Assembly (NCBI GenBank): GCA_016217875.1
Contig: JACRFN010000080.1
Coordinates: 1 to 32,104 of the forward strand
DNA length: 32,104 bases
Direction of reading: 5' to 3'
DNA from: Candidatus Kerfeldbacteria bacterium
GTDB taxonomy: Bacteria > Patescibacteriota > Patescibacteriia > Veblenbacterales > UBA10138
This document shows positions 15,946-23,256 of this stretch, piece after piece. The notes beneath the pieces are model-generated. The model had not been told where the DNA came from. It saw only the letters and a list, made by a program, of their open reading frames with translations, and ran no database searches. Numbering within the stretch: the stretch's first letter is position 1; every line of letters begins with the position of its first letter. The translations under genes were made by a program, and so were the position numbers.

Positions 15946-16890
15946 TCAAAGGGTGGTGATGGGGCGGGATTGGGTAATGTAGAATTTACCGCTGGCTTGC
16001 GCCCACTCAATGTCGCAAGGAAAACCGTAATGTTTTTCAATGCCGAGGCAAATTTTGGCTAAGGCAATTATCTCCTTACCATTCAGCTTTTGTTTGGATT
16101 TTTTGTTGGCCGCCACTTTTTTCCAAACATTGCCTCCGGTGGATTTACCTTGCATGAATTTTACCTGCTCAGCTACGTTCACATCCATAAGCGTGAGGTG
16201 TTTCTTATCAATAACATAAGAGTCGGGCGTTATTTGTCCTGATACTATGGCTTCGCCCAAACCAAGCCCTGCCTCAATGATCATTTGATTCTTATCCTTA
16301 GTTACCGGATGCACAGTAAAAGCAATGCCGGCAATCTCGGACTGCACCATGGCCTGCACCACCACCGCCACTGAAACTTTGGCTTTGTGCATTTTTTTCT
16401 CGTGGCGGTAGAAAATAGCGCGCGGCGTGAAAAGCGAGGACCAGCAATCTTTAACGCGCTTCAATAAAGTCCTGTCAGTCGTATTCAAATAAGTTTCCAA
16501 CTCCCCTGCCCAACTTGCCTGGGTTGAGTCCTCGGCCGTGGCCGAAGAACGCACGGCCACATACTTGGCTTTAAGTTTTTTAAACTCGGCCGTTATCTCT
16601 TTAGCTAAATCTTTTGGCATACGGGTGTCGTGAATAAGGTCGCGAATCACCACTGAATACCTTTCCACTGAATTGATGTCTTTATATTCAACCTTTTTCA
16701 ACTGAGCCTCGATATCTACTTCCAAGTCAGTCTCGTGCAAAAATCTGTCAAAAGCACTGGCCAAAATGACAAACCCCGGCGGCACCGGAATGCCGGCTTG
16801 TGTCATCTCGCCCAAACTCGCCCCCTTGCCACCGGCCAAAGGCACATCTTTTTTAGAAATTTTACTGAATGACAAGATGTACTTTACCAT
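15946..16890 (-). CDS. Stand-alone PEP synthase / pyruvate phosphate dikinase N-terminal ATP-grasp domain protein (PPDK_N only)
   Basis: 314 aa. DVPLAGGKGASLGEMTQAGIPVPPGFVI, VAVRSSATAEDS and VAVVVQAMV, ending at the canonical domain end CDIEWAQASGKFYITQSRPITTL followed by a stop. There is no swivel or TIM-barrel domain, and only 58 nt remain before the next gene. Confidence 0.85.
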   Translation of the reverse strand: MVKYILSFSKISKKDVPLAGGKGASLGEMTQAGIPVPPGFVILASAFDRFLHETDLEVDIEAQLKKVEYKDINSVERYSVVIRDLIHDTRMPKDLAKEITAEFKKLKAKYVAVRSSATAEDSTQASWAGELETYLNTTDRTLLKRVKDCWSSLFTPRAIFYRHEKKMHKAKVSVAVVVQAMVQSEIAGIAFTVHPVTKDKNQMIIEAGLGLGEAIVSGQITPDSYVIDKKHLTLMDVNVAEQVKFMQGKSTGGNVWKKVAANKKSKQKLNGKEIIALAKICLGIEKHYGFPCDIEWAQASGKFYITQSRPITTL

Positions 16891-16899
16891 ATCAAGCTT

Positions 16900-16928
16900 A
16901 ATTTACCAGATATAACAAATATTGACAA
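16900..16928 (-). promoter_or_regulatory. Candidate promoter for the ATP-grasp gene (near-leaderless)
   Basis: Minus strand: TTGTCA (16928-16923), 17-nt spacer, TAAATT (16905-16900), then 9 nt to ATG 16890. No SD sequence is visible. Confidence 0.3.
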
Positions 16929-16970
16929 AAAATAAAACGACCAGAGGTGTTGTAATCACTTCTAGCCGTC
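16927..16970 (-). terminator. Intrinsic terminator after the M29-like gene
   Basis: Minus-strand RNA: a 12-bp stem with 1 mismatch and 2 G-U pairs (CGGCUAGAAGUG / CACCUCUGGUCG, plus-strand arms 16957-16968 and 16938-16949), a 7-nt loop, then UUUUAUUUUUU (complement of 16927-16937). Begins about 22 nt past the stop at 16992. Confidence 0.6.
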
Positions 16971-16991
16971 TGAATTTATATAGTTGAATAT

Positions 16992-18296
16992 TTAGTACTC
17001 CTGTGGCTCACCTTTTTCAATAAATTTAAACATTGAGCCATCATTCCGTTCGCATTCTACTGTGACTTCTCCACCCGAATTCAAGCCTATAACCATATCA
17101 CAATGGACTGTAGCGGAATTGAAATTCGGCGTTCCAGGCTCACGACCGAATGAACCATTACTTCCGACCGCAATATGGACTGTTCCATATTTCTTCTCTC
17201 CCTCGGAGGAGCCCCAATATTCACGCGGCTTGGCTTCCAGGGCTCGTCTATTTGTGCCTACACCAAATTCTGCTAAACGATAGGCATCGTTGTGTCTGTT
17301 ATTACCACTATCAAGATACGCGACCCAAAGTTTCTTGGCCTCGGTACTCCCTTCAACCCTTACCACCTCACCATTCTGGATAGTTAACCGAAGCGGCTGG
17401 CCCTTGTCCAAAATATCCTGATTAATGTTACCGCCACATGGCCCATCAACAATCAAAATACCATCTGACCCTTGCCAGTCGGGAGAACATGACCATTCGC
17501 CTATTGGGTAATTTGACAATTGGCCTGGTTTGTTAAGGCGACCATCCTCTAATTCCATATATTCAGGTCTAACCTTAAGCCATAGGTCAGTTCCTAGTTC
17601 GGTAGTTATGTGAACTCTATTCACATCACGCATCAATTTTTGTATCTTATCCGCACGTTCACGCAAAACCTCAACATTTTCCAGTACGGCACCTTTAGTC
17701 AGTATGTCGTAAGGGTTATGACCCTTGGTTATGGAAATGATTCGACTACGAGTAGACTTGGCTAACAATTTCATCTTTTTGTAGGAAGAGTCTGGCAAAC
17801 GACCGTTTAACTCCCGTAGCCTTTGTGGGGAAAGTCCAGACCATCCTTTATTGACGGTCTGGGTAAAAGTAGGTGAACTTAATATTTGCTCAATTACCGA
17901 ACGTTCGACTGCGTTACCCCTTATGGCTGTCCCGGTTTCCGATGAATGAGAACGGGACATTGAAGTAACTATAAGTACCGGACGATCCAACATCTTTTTA
18001 CCAATAGTCTCGCCTAGTGGAGTGGCAGACTTAGGTGAAGCCGGAATTACATATAATTCATAACCTCCAGCGGCACGTGGGTCTTGTGAAGTCCTCTGTT
18101 CAAGCTCTTGCTGTATTGACTCTATAAAAGATTGATTTAATTCCATGACCTTGGTATCTGTAACCACCAATAGACTCTCTTTGGTCGGCTGAAAATCAAA
18201 ACAATCAATAATATTCTTGGCAGCAAGCCTCAGGCGCTCTTTGTTTTCAAGCTCCGATGTTTGTTCGTTAGATAACGATTCTTTTCCTAAAGTCAT
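16992..18296 (-). CDS. M29-family (AmpS/PepS/aminopeptidase T-like) metallopeptidase homolog
   Basis: 434 aa from ATG 18296 (GGAGG 6 nt upstream); the track starts at TTG 18329. The C-terminal region LAEFGVGTNRRA...EKKYGTVHIAVGSN...NSATVHCDMVI matches the M29 metal-ligand pattern (E.G.GTN / GTVH.A.G / H.D). Confidence 0.6.
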   Translation of the reverse strand: MTLGKESLSNEQTSELENKERLRLAAKNIIDCFDFQPTKESLLVVTDTKVMELNQSFIESIQQELEQRTSQDPRAAGGYELYVIPASPKSATPLGETIGKKMLDRPVLIVTSMSRSHSSETGTAIRGNAVERSVIEQILSSPTFTQTVNKGWSGLSPQRLRELNGRLPDSSYKKMKLLAKSTRSRIISITKGHNPYDILTKGAVLENVEVLRERADKIQKLMRDVNRVHITTELGTDLWLKVRPEYMELEDGRLNKPGQLSNYPIGEWSCSPDWQGSDGILIVDGPCGGNINQDILDKGQPLRLTIQNGEVVRVEGSTEAKKLWVAYLDSGNNRHNDAYRLAEFGVGTNRRALEAKPREYWGSSEGEKKYGTVHIAVGSNGSFGREPGTPNFNSATVHCDMVIGLNSGGEVTVECERNDGSMFKFIEKGEPQEY

Positions 18297-18332
18297 AAAT
18301 TCCTCCAAATTATGCAATTTTGTTTTCAAAGT

Positions 18333-18361
18333 AGATTAACATAGGGGGTGGAAAAAGTCAA
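18333..18361 (-). promoter_or_regulatory. Candidate sigma70-type promoter upstream of the M29-like gene
   Basis: Minus strand: -35 TTGACT (18361-18356), 17-nt spacer, -10 TAATCT (18338-18333), about 37 nt upstream of ATG 18296. Confidence 0.4.
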
Positions 18362-18372
18362 AATAGTTATAT

Positions 18373-19209
18373 TTATAGTAGGCTTCGATTTATCCAAGCC
18401 GCTGTAGAAATTATCGGCCAAAACCAGTTGACGTTGTTGCGCGGCGAATCATCATAGAACGACCCTTCATCTAACATAGGACAACAAACTAGCGTCCAAC
18501 CACCTAAATAAACTAAACCTTTCAACCACGTGTTAGCAATCATACCTATGGAAGGAACAATGAGATTACAACCTTCCCACACCGCCCGCTCGTATTCTAT
18601 GTAATATTCTGTGACGTCATAACCCTTACCGCGTAGAAATTCAGCCGCCTCCTCGCAGTATTTGGCTATTTCTTCCAACAGACCAAATTCACCCACACGA
18701 CCACTAAGCCTTCTGGTACTGGCGACGCCGATTTTGGGGATATAACCTAAATCAGTAAGCCACCTAGCTGCTCGCTCTGCCTCAGCCTGCTTTTGCTCAA
18801 GTGTTAAAGAATTATAATTAGAAGGACTCGAAATAGTAAACCATTGCCTATCCTTAGCTATGGTAAGAGGCGTAAATTTGAACTTTGGCTCGGGTCGTCC
18901 CAACGCTTCCACATACACTTTGTGAGTATAAGAATCTTTTAGTTGCCCGCGAACAAAGCCTTCTACTCTACCTTCTTTGACTAAGTCAACAATAACGTGG
19001 CTGGCCTCGTCGTCGTCTTTGGTGGGCATGCAATTCAATCCTTCAATTTGGCAACCGACCACCGTCAAGTCAGTGTAATTTTGCGCCTGACGCAGACTGT
19101 CAACCACTACTGGCTCCGGCCGCCAGATACCAATAGCAATCCGACGCTGCTTTTGCTGCGCTTCTTTTAAAAACCGACTTTGAATTTCGCTAAGTTTATC
19201 ATCAGGCAT
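18373..19209 (-). CDS. Phosphate acetyl/butyryl-transferase (PTA_PTB)-family-like protein, paralog 2
   Basis: 278 aa from ATG 19209 (track: TTG 19215). LVKEGRVEGFVRGQLKDS resembles the Pta/Ptb G-x-ADG-x-V-x-G motif. IVPSIGMIANTWLKGLVYLGGWTLVCCPML resembles the C-terminal P-D/S-x-x-x-GN-x(n)-GP-x-L region. Clear paralog of 20527-21357. Confidence 0.45.
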   Translation of the reverse strand: MPDDKLSEIQSRFLKEAQQKQRRIAIGIWRPEPVVVDSLRQAQNYTDLTVVGCQIEGLNCMPTKDDDEASHVIVDLVKEGRVEGFVRGQLKDSYTHKVYVEALGRPEPKFKFTPLTIAKDRQWFTISSPSNYNSLTLEQKQAEAERAARWLTDLGYIPKIGVASTRRLSGRVGEFGLLEEIAKYCEEAAEFLRGKGYDVTEYYIEYERAVWEGCNLIVPSIGMIANTWLKGLVYLGGWTLVCCPMLDEGSFYDDSPRNNVNWFWPIISTAAWINRSLL

Positions 19210-19225
19210 AATCAACGGTGAATAG

Positions 19226-20524
19226 TTAACGTTTAGTTAATAATCTCACCTCACCTCTCTTAGCGTCAACCTCAACAAGATCACCATCCTTAAGCACCTT
19301 GGTAGCAACTTTAGTGCCAATAATGCAAGGTTTTTTCATCTCACGCGCCATGATACTCGCATGGCATGTTATACCGCCCTCATCAGTCACGAAAGCCGCG
19401 GCGCGTTTCATAGCTATAACAAATGATGGGAAGGTCATTTGGGTAACTAAGATATCACCTGTTTTTACCTTATCCAATTCGTTAACATACTTAACCACCT
19501 TAACAATACCGCGCAACTTACCAGGGTATGCTATCGTACCGCGCACCTTGGTGGTGGTAAGACTCATCTTGGGTAAAATCGGTTTACTAAAGAAGGCTAT
19601 ATTACCGCGCCAAGCCGCCGCTGTAAGATTGGATGAGTAAAAGTGGGGATTACCTGCCAATAAATCATGGATTGAACAATCCCTAAGTTTTTCAAAAGGA
19701 ATATTATATCTATCACCTACAGCGCGTATAACCGGCCTGGCCAAGAACATAAACTCATATAACACATCCGTCCGTAGAGTACGGAAATAGACAAGTTCCT
19801 GTACCACTTTGACTAAAGGGCGTAATGGCACTGGCACGTAAACTCTGGTTTGAATTGGCTTATTTTTTTGTCGTTTTAATTCCTCTCGCTTCTCTTTTAA
19901 ATCCTGCAAAGTAAACCCCGGCGAAAAACCGTCACGAGCTCTCATCCAACTGTATTTATTAAGAATGGTATACAAATCATTATTACGTCGTAGTGCCATC
20001 TCAAAAAGTGCGTACTTATTTTTCTTTATTGGGAAACTAATGTCACCAATGAATTTATCGATGTCGCCTTTAACATATTTTGGCACTTGACGTTTGAGCT
20101 CTTCAGTATAGATATCCTCGAACCCGTGAGCCAGCCAGATATATGACGTAATAGTAGTCAAAATCTTATACAATTCTGCTAGTTTATCTAACGAGTTAAC
20201 TCGAGCCCTTAAGAGCTTATTGATACGCATTTTGTTCTCACGGTAAAACGACTCACAGGAGCTAGAAACCTTAAAAATTGTGACGCCATGTCGTAGATTA
20301 TCACGCAGTTGGTCAGCAAAATCTTTATTTATATCCTGGCTTAACTGCCAACTGTGATTTTCAAATAGCCAAGCCTTCAACTCAGCATTAACTCCAGCCC
20401 ATTTCATGTACCGCCGTGTCATACCGTCCTTGAACAGCGACAGAATAAAGGCTCTAAAAGGACGCTCCATCCAAGGCGTCCAAGCGTAAGAAATTATATT
20501 TTTTTTAATTTCTGGCAAGGTCAT
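19226..20524 (-). CDS. Phosphohistidine swivel (PEP-utilising enzyme mobile) domain protein, paralog G
   Basis: 432 aa. C-terminus GTIAYPGKLRGIVKVV...GDILVTQMTFPSFVIAMKRAAAFVTDEGGITCHASIMAREMKKPCIIGTKVAT..GDLVEVDAKRGEV. N-domain is the most divergent of the set. Confidence 0.8.
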   Translation of the reverse strand: MTLPEIKKNIISYAWTPWMERPFRAFILSLFKDGMTRRYMKWAGVNAELKAWLFENHSWQLSQDINKDFADQLRDNLRHGVTIFKVSSSCESFYRENKMRINKLLRARVNSLDKLAELYKILTTITSYIWLAHGFEDIYTEELKRQVPKYVKGDIDKFIGDISFPIKKNKYALFEMALRRNNDLYTILNKYSWMRARDGFSPGFTLQDLKEKREELKRQKNKPIQTRVYVPVPLRPLVKVVQELVYFRTLRTDVLYEFMFLARPVIRAVGDRYNIPFEKLRDCSIHDLLAGNPHFYSSNLTAAAWRGNIAFFSKPILPKMSLTTTKVRGTIAYPGKLRGIVKVVKYVNELDKVKTGDILVTQMTFPSFVIAMKRAAAFVTDEGGITCHASIMAREMKKPCIIGTKVATKVLKDGDLVEVDAKRGEVRLLTKR

Positions 20525-20526
20525 GA

Positions 20527-21357
20527 TTATGACTTTTCTTTATTAACCATCGCCACGCAATGTACAATATGCCAAAAGAAATCTTTCTCATTACGACTGC
20601 CATCCTCATATGACACTCCTAAATCCAAATAAGGACAAGAAATGGTCTGCCATCCTCCTAGGTATACAAGCGCCCTGAATAACGCATTACCCACTAAACC
20701 AATTGACGGAATAATTAAATTGCTATGTTGCCAAACTGCCGTTTCGTATTCAAAAAAATATTCGGTTACATCATAACCACGCTTACGTAGGTAGATGGCT
20801 AGTTGTTTATTTGTCTCTGCTAAATCATCAAGCAATTTATACTTACCAACATGGCTCGTAGTACGCAGGCTGGACATCACACCAATTTTGGGAACGACTC
20901 CCAAATCTTCCTCCATATACTTAATAATCCTATCTACTTCATATTTCTTATCATCAATAGTCATGCCATGATAAATAGAACTGGTACTGGCCACAAAACA
21001 GTATTCTCCTTTCTTGAGCACTGCTGGACAGATTTTTCTATTACTTGGTAACGGCTCTTTGTTGAACTGGCGATGAAATTCATCAAGGGTAAAAGAGTCC
21101 TTTACTTGACCTCGCACTATACCGTCTACCTTTCCCTCTTTGAGGAGCCGGATGATAATTCTACTGGCTTCATCATCGTTTGGTTCAACAATATTCTCAA
21201 ACCCATCAACTTTAGCACCCACTATTACCAAATCGGCATACTCAGACGCTCTCTGTAGACTATCTAACGTTTCGGGAATAGGCCGTAAAATACCAATAGC
21301 TACCTTTCTTTTGGTAAGTTTGGCCTTATCAAGAAACGCTTGGGAAAGATCCAACAT
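20527..21357 (-). CDS. Phosphate acetyl/butyryl-transferase (PTA_PTB)-family-like protein, paralog 1
   Basis: 276 aa. Contains LLKEGKVDGIVRGQVKDS and IIPSIGLVGNALFRALVYLGGWQTISCPYL. Collinear with 18373-19209 (KVAIGILRP/RIAIGIWRP, DDEASR/DDEASH, YDVTEY). Confidence 0.45.
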   Translation of the reverse strand: MLDLSQAFLDKAKLTKRKVAIGILRPIPETLDSLQRASEYADLVIVGAKVDGFENIVEPNDDEASRIIIRLLKEGKVDGIVRGQVKDSFTLDEFHRQFNKEPLPSNRKICPAVLKKGEYCFVASTSSIYHGMTIDDKKYEVDRIIKYMEEDLGVVPKIGVMSSLRTTSHVGKYKLLDDLAETNKQLAIYLRKRGYDVTEYFFEYETAVWQHSNLIIPSIGLVGNALFRALVYLGGWQTISCPYLDLGVSYEDGSRNEKDFFWHIVHCVAMVNKEKS

Positions 21358-21368
21358 AAACTTATGAA

Positions 21369-22196
21369 TTAATCATTATATATAAAAATTGGCTCAGTAT
21401 AATAACGTATCTGGTTGTGTGATAAACGTTGCTCCAGCAATTTACGCAAGAATCTATTTTTTGTTGTGATACTGCGCCGGGAACGCACTATCTCGAGTGG
21501 TATGTCCAAACGTAATATTCTGCCCTCTATCGCATGTCTAGTTATACCACTAGGCATATAAATACCGAGTCTGACTGCTTTAATTACATCAATTTCTCTA
21601 AACGGCATAAAAACAAAAAGCGGGCGCGCCTCAGGGTATTCACGACGCAACTCTTTGTAATCAATACCCAACACTCGGAAAAATTTATAACGTCCTTTAT
21701 AAACCTTAACCGCCTTATCAAGCGCCTGGATTTGCCTAGTAAAATCCCGACCAGCGTCTATACACCACGTCGTACGGCCGTCAACAACATAAAGCACTAT
21801 AGCGCGCCGCTTAAGCAGCCGGCGGGCCTTAAGTAGGGTGGTGGCATAAACTTTGGCACCTGTCGCACGCCGTAAGGCCGAAAAAAGCCTACGCCCACCA
21901 GACAAACCGGTTACCAAATGATTCCAGGTCATAAGCCTAACTTCAGTACCGCCATACCTCACTATCTGAACCGGTATCTCTTGGTAGCCTAGTTGTTTGA
22001 AAACCGTCGTGCGGTTGGCACCATCCAGCACTATGTACTTTTTGCCCCCAGCCGTAGGTGCCACCATGGGAGGATTGGTAAAAACCTCGGCTCGCGATAT
22101 GATGCGCTTAAGCTTAGCAATGCGCGCCGAATCAACCTCCTCATGAAGAAGTAACCTATCAAGCTCAACAAACTTTATTGTCGGTAGATTATTCAT
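21369..22196 (-). CDS. ParB/Srx-fold domain protein (SerK-like kinase architecture)
   Basis: 275 aa. The N-terminal FVELDRLLLHEE...KYIVLDGANRTTVFKQLGY fits the ParB/sulfiredoxin fold (DG-x-x-R box, here DGANR). The C-terminal VFMPFREIDVIKAVRLGIYMPSGITRH resembles, from memory, the archaeal serine kinase SerK C-domain. Confidence 0.5.
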   Translation of the reverse strand: MNNLPTIKFVELDRLLLHEEVDSARIAKLKRIISRAEVFTNPPMVAPTAGGKKYIVLDGANRTTVFKQLGYQEIPVQIVRYGGTEVRLMTWNHLVTGLSGGRRLFSALRRATGAKVYATTLLKARRLLKRRAIVLYVVDGRTTWCIDAGRDFTRQIQALDKAVKVYKGRYKFFRVLGIDYKELRREYPEARPLFVFMPFREIDVIKAVRLGIYMPSGITRHAIEGRILRLDIPLEIVRSRRSITTKNRFLRKLLEQRLSHNQIRYYTEPIFIYND

Positions 22197-22223
22197 TGCC
22201 TAATTATGATTTATTGATAAGTC

Positions 22224-23237
22224 CTAGCCCTCTATATTATCCCCTTCTCCGGGAAATTTAACCCTTTTATATTCAACAGACCATTGTTTAGACCCTCTAT
22301 CATATGTATAACACGCATACTCGCCGGGTAGCGGATAAGGATCCTTGGCGCCAACCTCCTTTTTCTTTTGCCACAATGGACCACTGTGAGTCACAGCCAC
22401 AACTACCACCTTACGGTCACCTATCTTTTCTTTGGGTAAGGTACTAACAATTTCCTCAAGCGCCTTATCAGAACGACGCGCTACATCAACAGGAGTGTCA
22501 TATGGCTTATCTGGGACAGGTGTGTCGTCTGTAGCACCTAAGACACCAGTACGCTGTTCAGCCTGTGTAAGTTCGGCTGCCCAAATATGCATTAATTCCT
22601 TACCACCCTTTAGACTTTTGGTACTTTCACCAGTTCTTTCATTAACCACCTTACGTAGTTCAACCAACAATGACTTTGGTACATCAAGGTCACCCAACTC
22701 CTTATGCGGTTCTAAACGTAACGAAATTATGTCACGATTCGACGCCGATCGTTCACCTTCTTCTATCAATCTATCGAAACGGGCAGTAGCTATATCAATG
22801 GTATACTCCGAGCGCGGCTGTCCGCTTCCTACCCATACCACAGCTGCCTTGTCGCCGGCATTTTGGTAAAGCTCCTCAGCCAAAGCCACGGCCCGAAGCG
22901 TCCCCCGTGGCGATAGTGATTTTTCAATAAAATCGTCCACCTTAAGTTCGGCGCGTCCATGGCTTTCTGGTTTACGCTTTAAATAACCGCCTTTTTCCTC
23001 CCAACGCTCAATATCAGCAAAAACATTAGCCAAAGCTTGCTCTTGCTGTAAAATTTTAGCTGTCTGTAGCTGACTAACGCCTTGCTCAAGAAGCTTTTGA
23101 ATTTCAGTTCTAAGTTTAGTCCGCGCCTCAGCATAACGCTGAATTTCTTCCGGCCCCCTCAGCTCGGATTTATCCATATGACGGATTTCACGGATCTCTG
23201 ATAAATCTATTTCTGGGGGTACCTCTTTTTTAAGCAT
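22224..23237 (-). CDS. Hypothetical protein, weak histidine-phosphatase (PGM-like) superfamily features
   Basis: 337 aa. IREIRHMDKSE (RH), SLSPRGTLRAVALAEEL (L-S/T-x-x-G-x-x-Q/R-A motif), GQPRSEYT and VVVAVTHSGPLW (second His) occur in the order expected for branch-1 histidine phosphatases. However, about 85 aa of charged, coiled-coil-like insert separate RH from LSPRG. Confidence 0.3.
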   Translation of the reverse strand: MLKKEVPPEIDLSEIREIRHMDKSELRGPEEIQRYAEARTKLRTEIQKLLEQGVSQLQTAKILQQEQALANVFADIERWEEKGGYLKRKPESHGRAELKVDDFIEKSLSPRGTLRAVALAEELYQNAGDKAAVVWVGSGQPRSEYTIDIATARFDRLIEEGERSASNRDIISLRLEPHKELGDLDVPKSLLVELRKVVNERTGESTKSLKGGKELMHIWAAELTQAEQRTGVLGATDDTPVPDKPYDTPVDVARRSDKALEEIVSTLPKEKIGDRKVVVVAVTHSGPLWQKKKEVGAKDPYPLPGEYACYTYDRGSKQWSVEYKRVKFPGEGDNIEG

Positions 23238-23256
23238 AAGCGTTATAGACTAGCGA

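Noticed and set aside
15609-16040. 143-aa version of the ArsR-like ORF, and the 110-aa plus-strand ORF at 15730-16062
   Set aside because: The long version overlaps the 3' end of the ATP-grasp gene and reads through palindrome P2. An internal ATG at 15887 has a strong GGAGG SD and yields a normal-size ArsR HTH protein.
16900-16906. Third occurrence of the palindrome arm GGTAAAT (minus strand) 10 nt upstream of the ATP-grasp ATG
   Set aside because: It is only a 7-mer half-site. The opposing arm matches poorly (about 6 of 10), and several chance occurrences of a 7-mer are expected in 32 kb on both strands.
1655-22196. EEP nuclease and ParB-like nuclease-domain protein as parts of a phage-defence or toxin-antitoxin system
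   Set aside because: They are 19 kb apart and each is embedded in a metabolic-looking operon. No helicase, methyltransferase, ATPase or small antitoxin-like partner genes are nearby.
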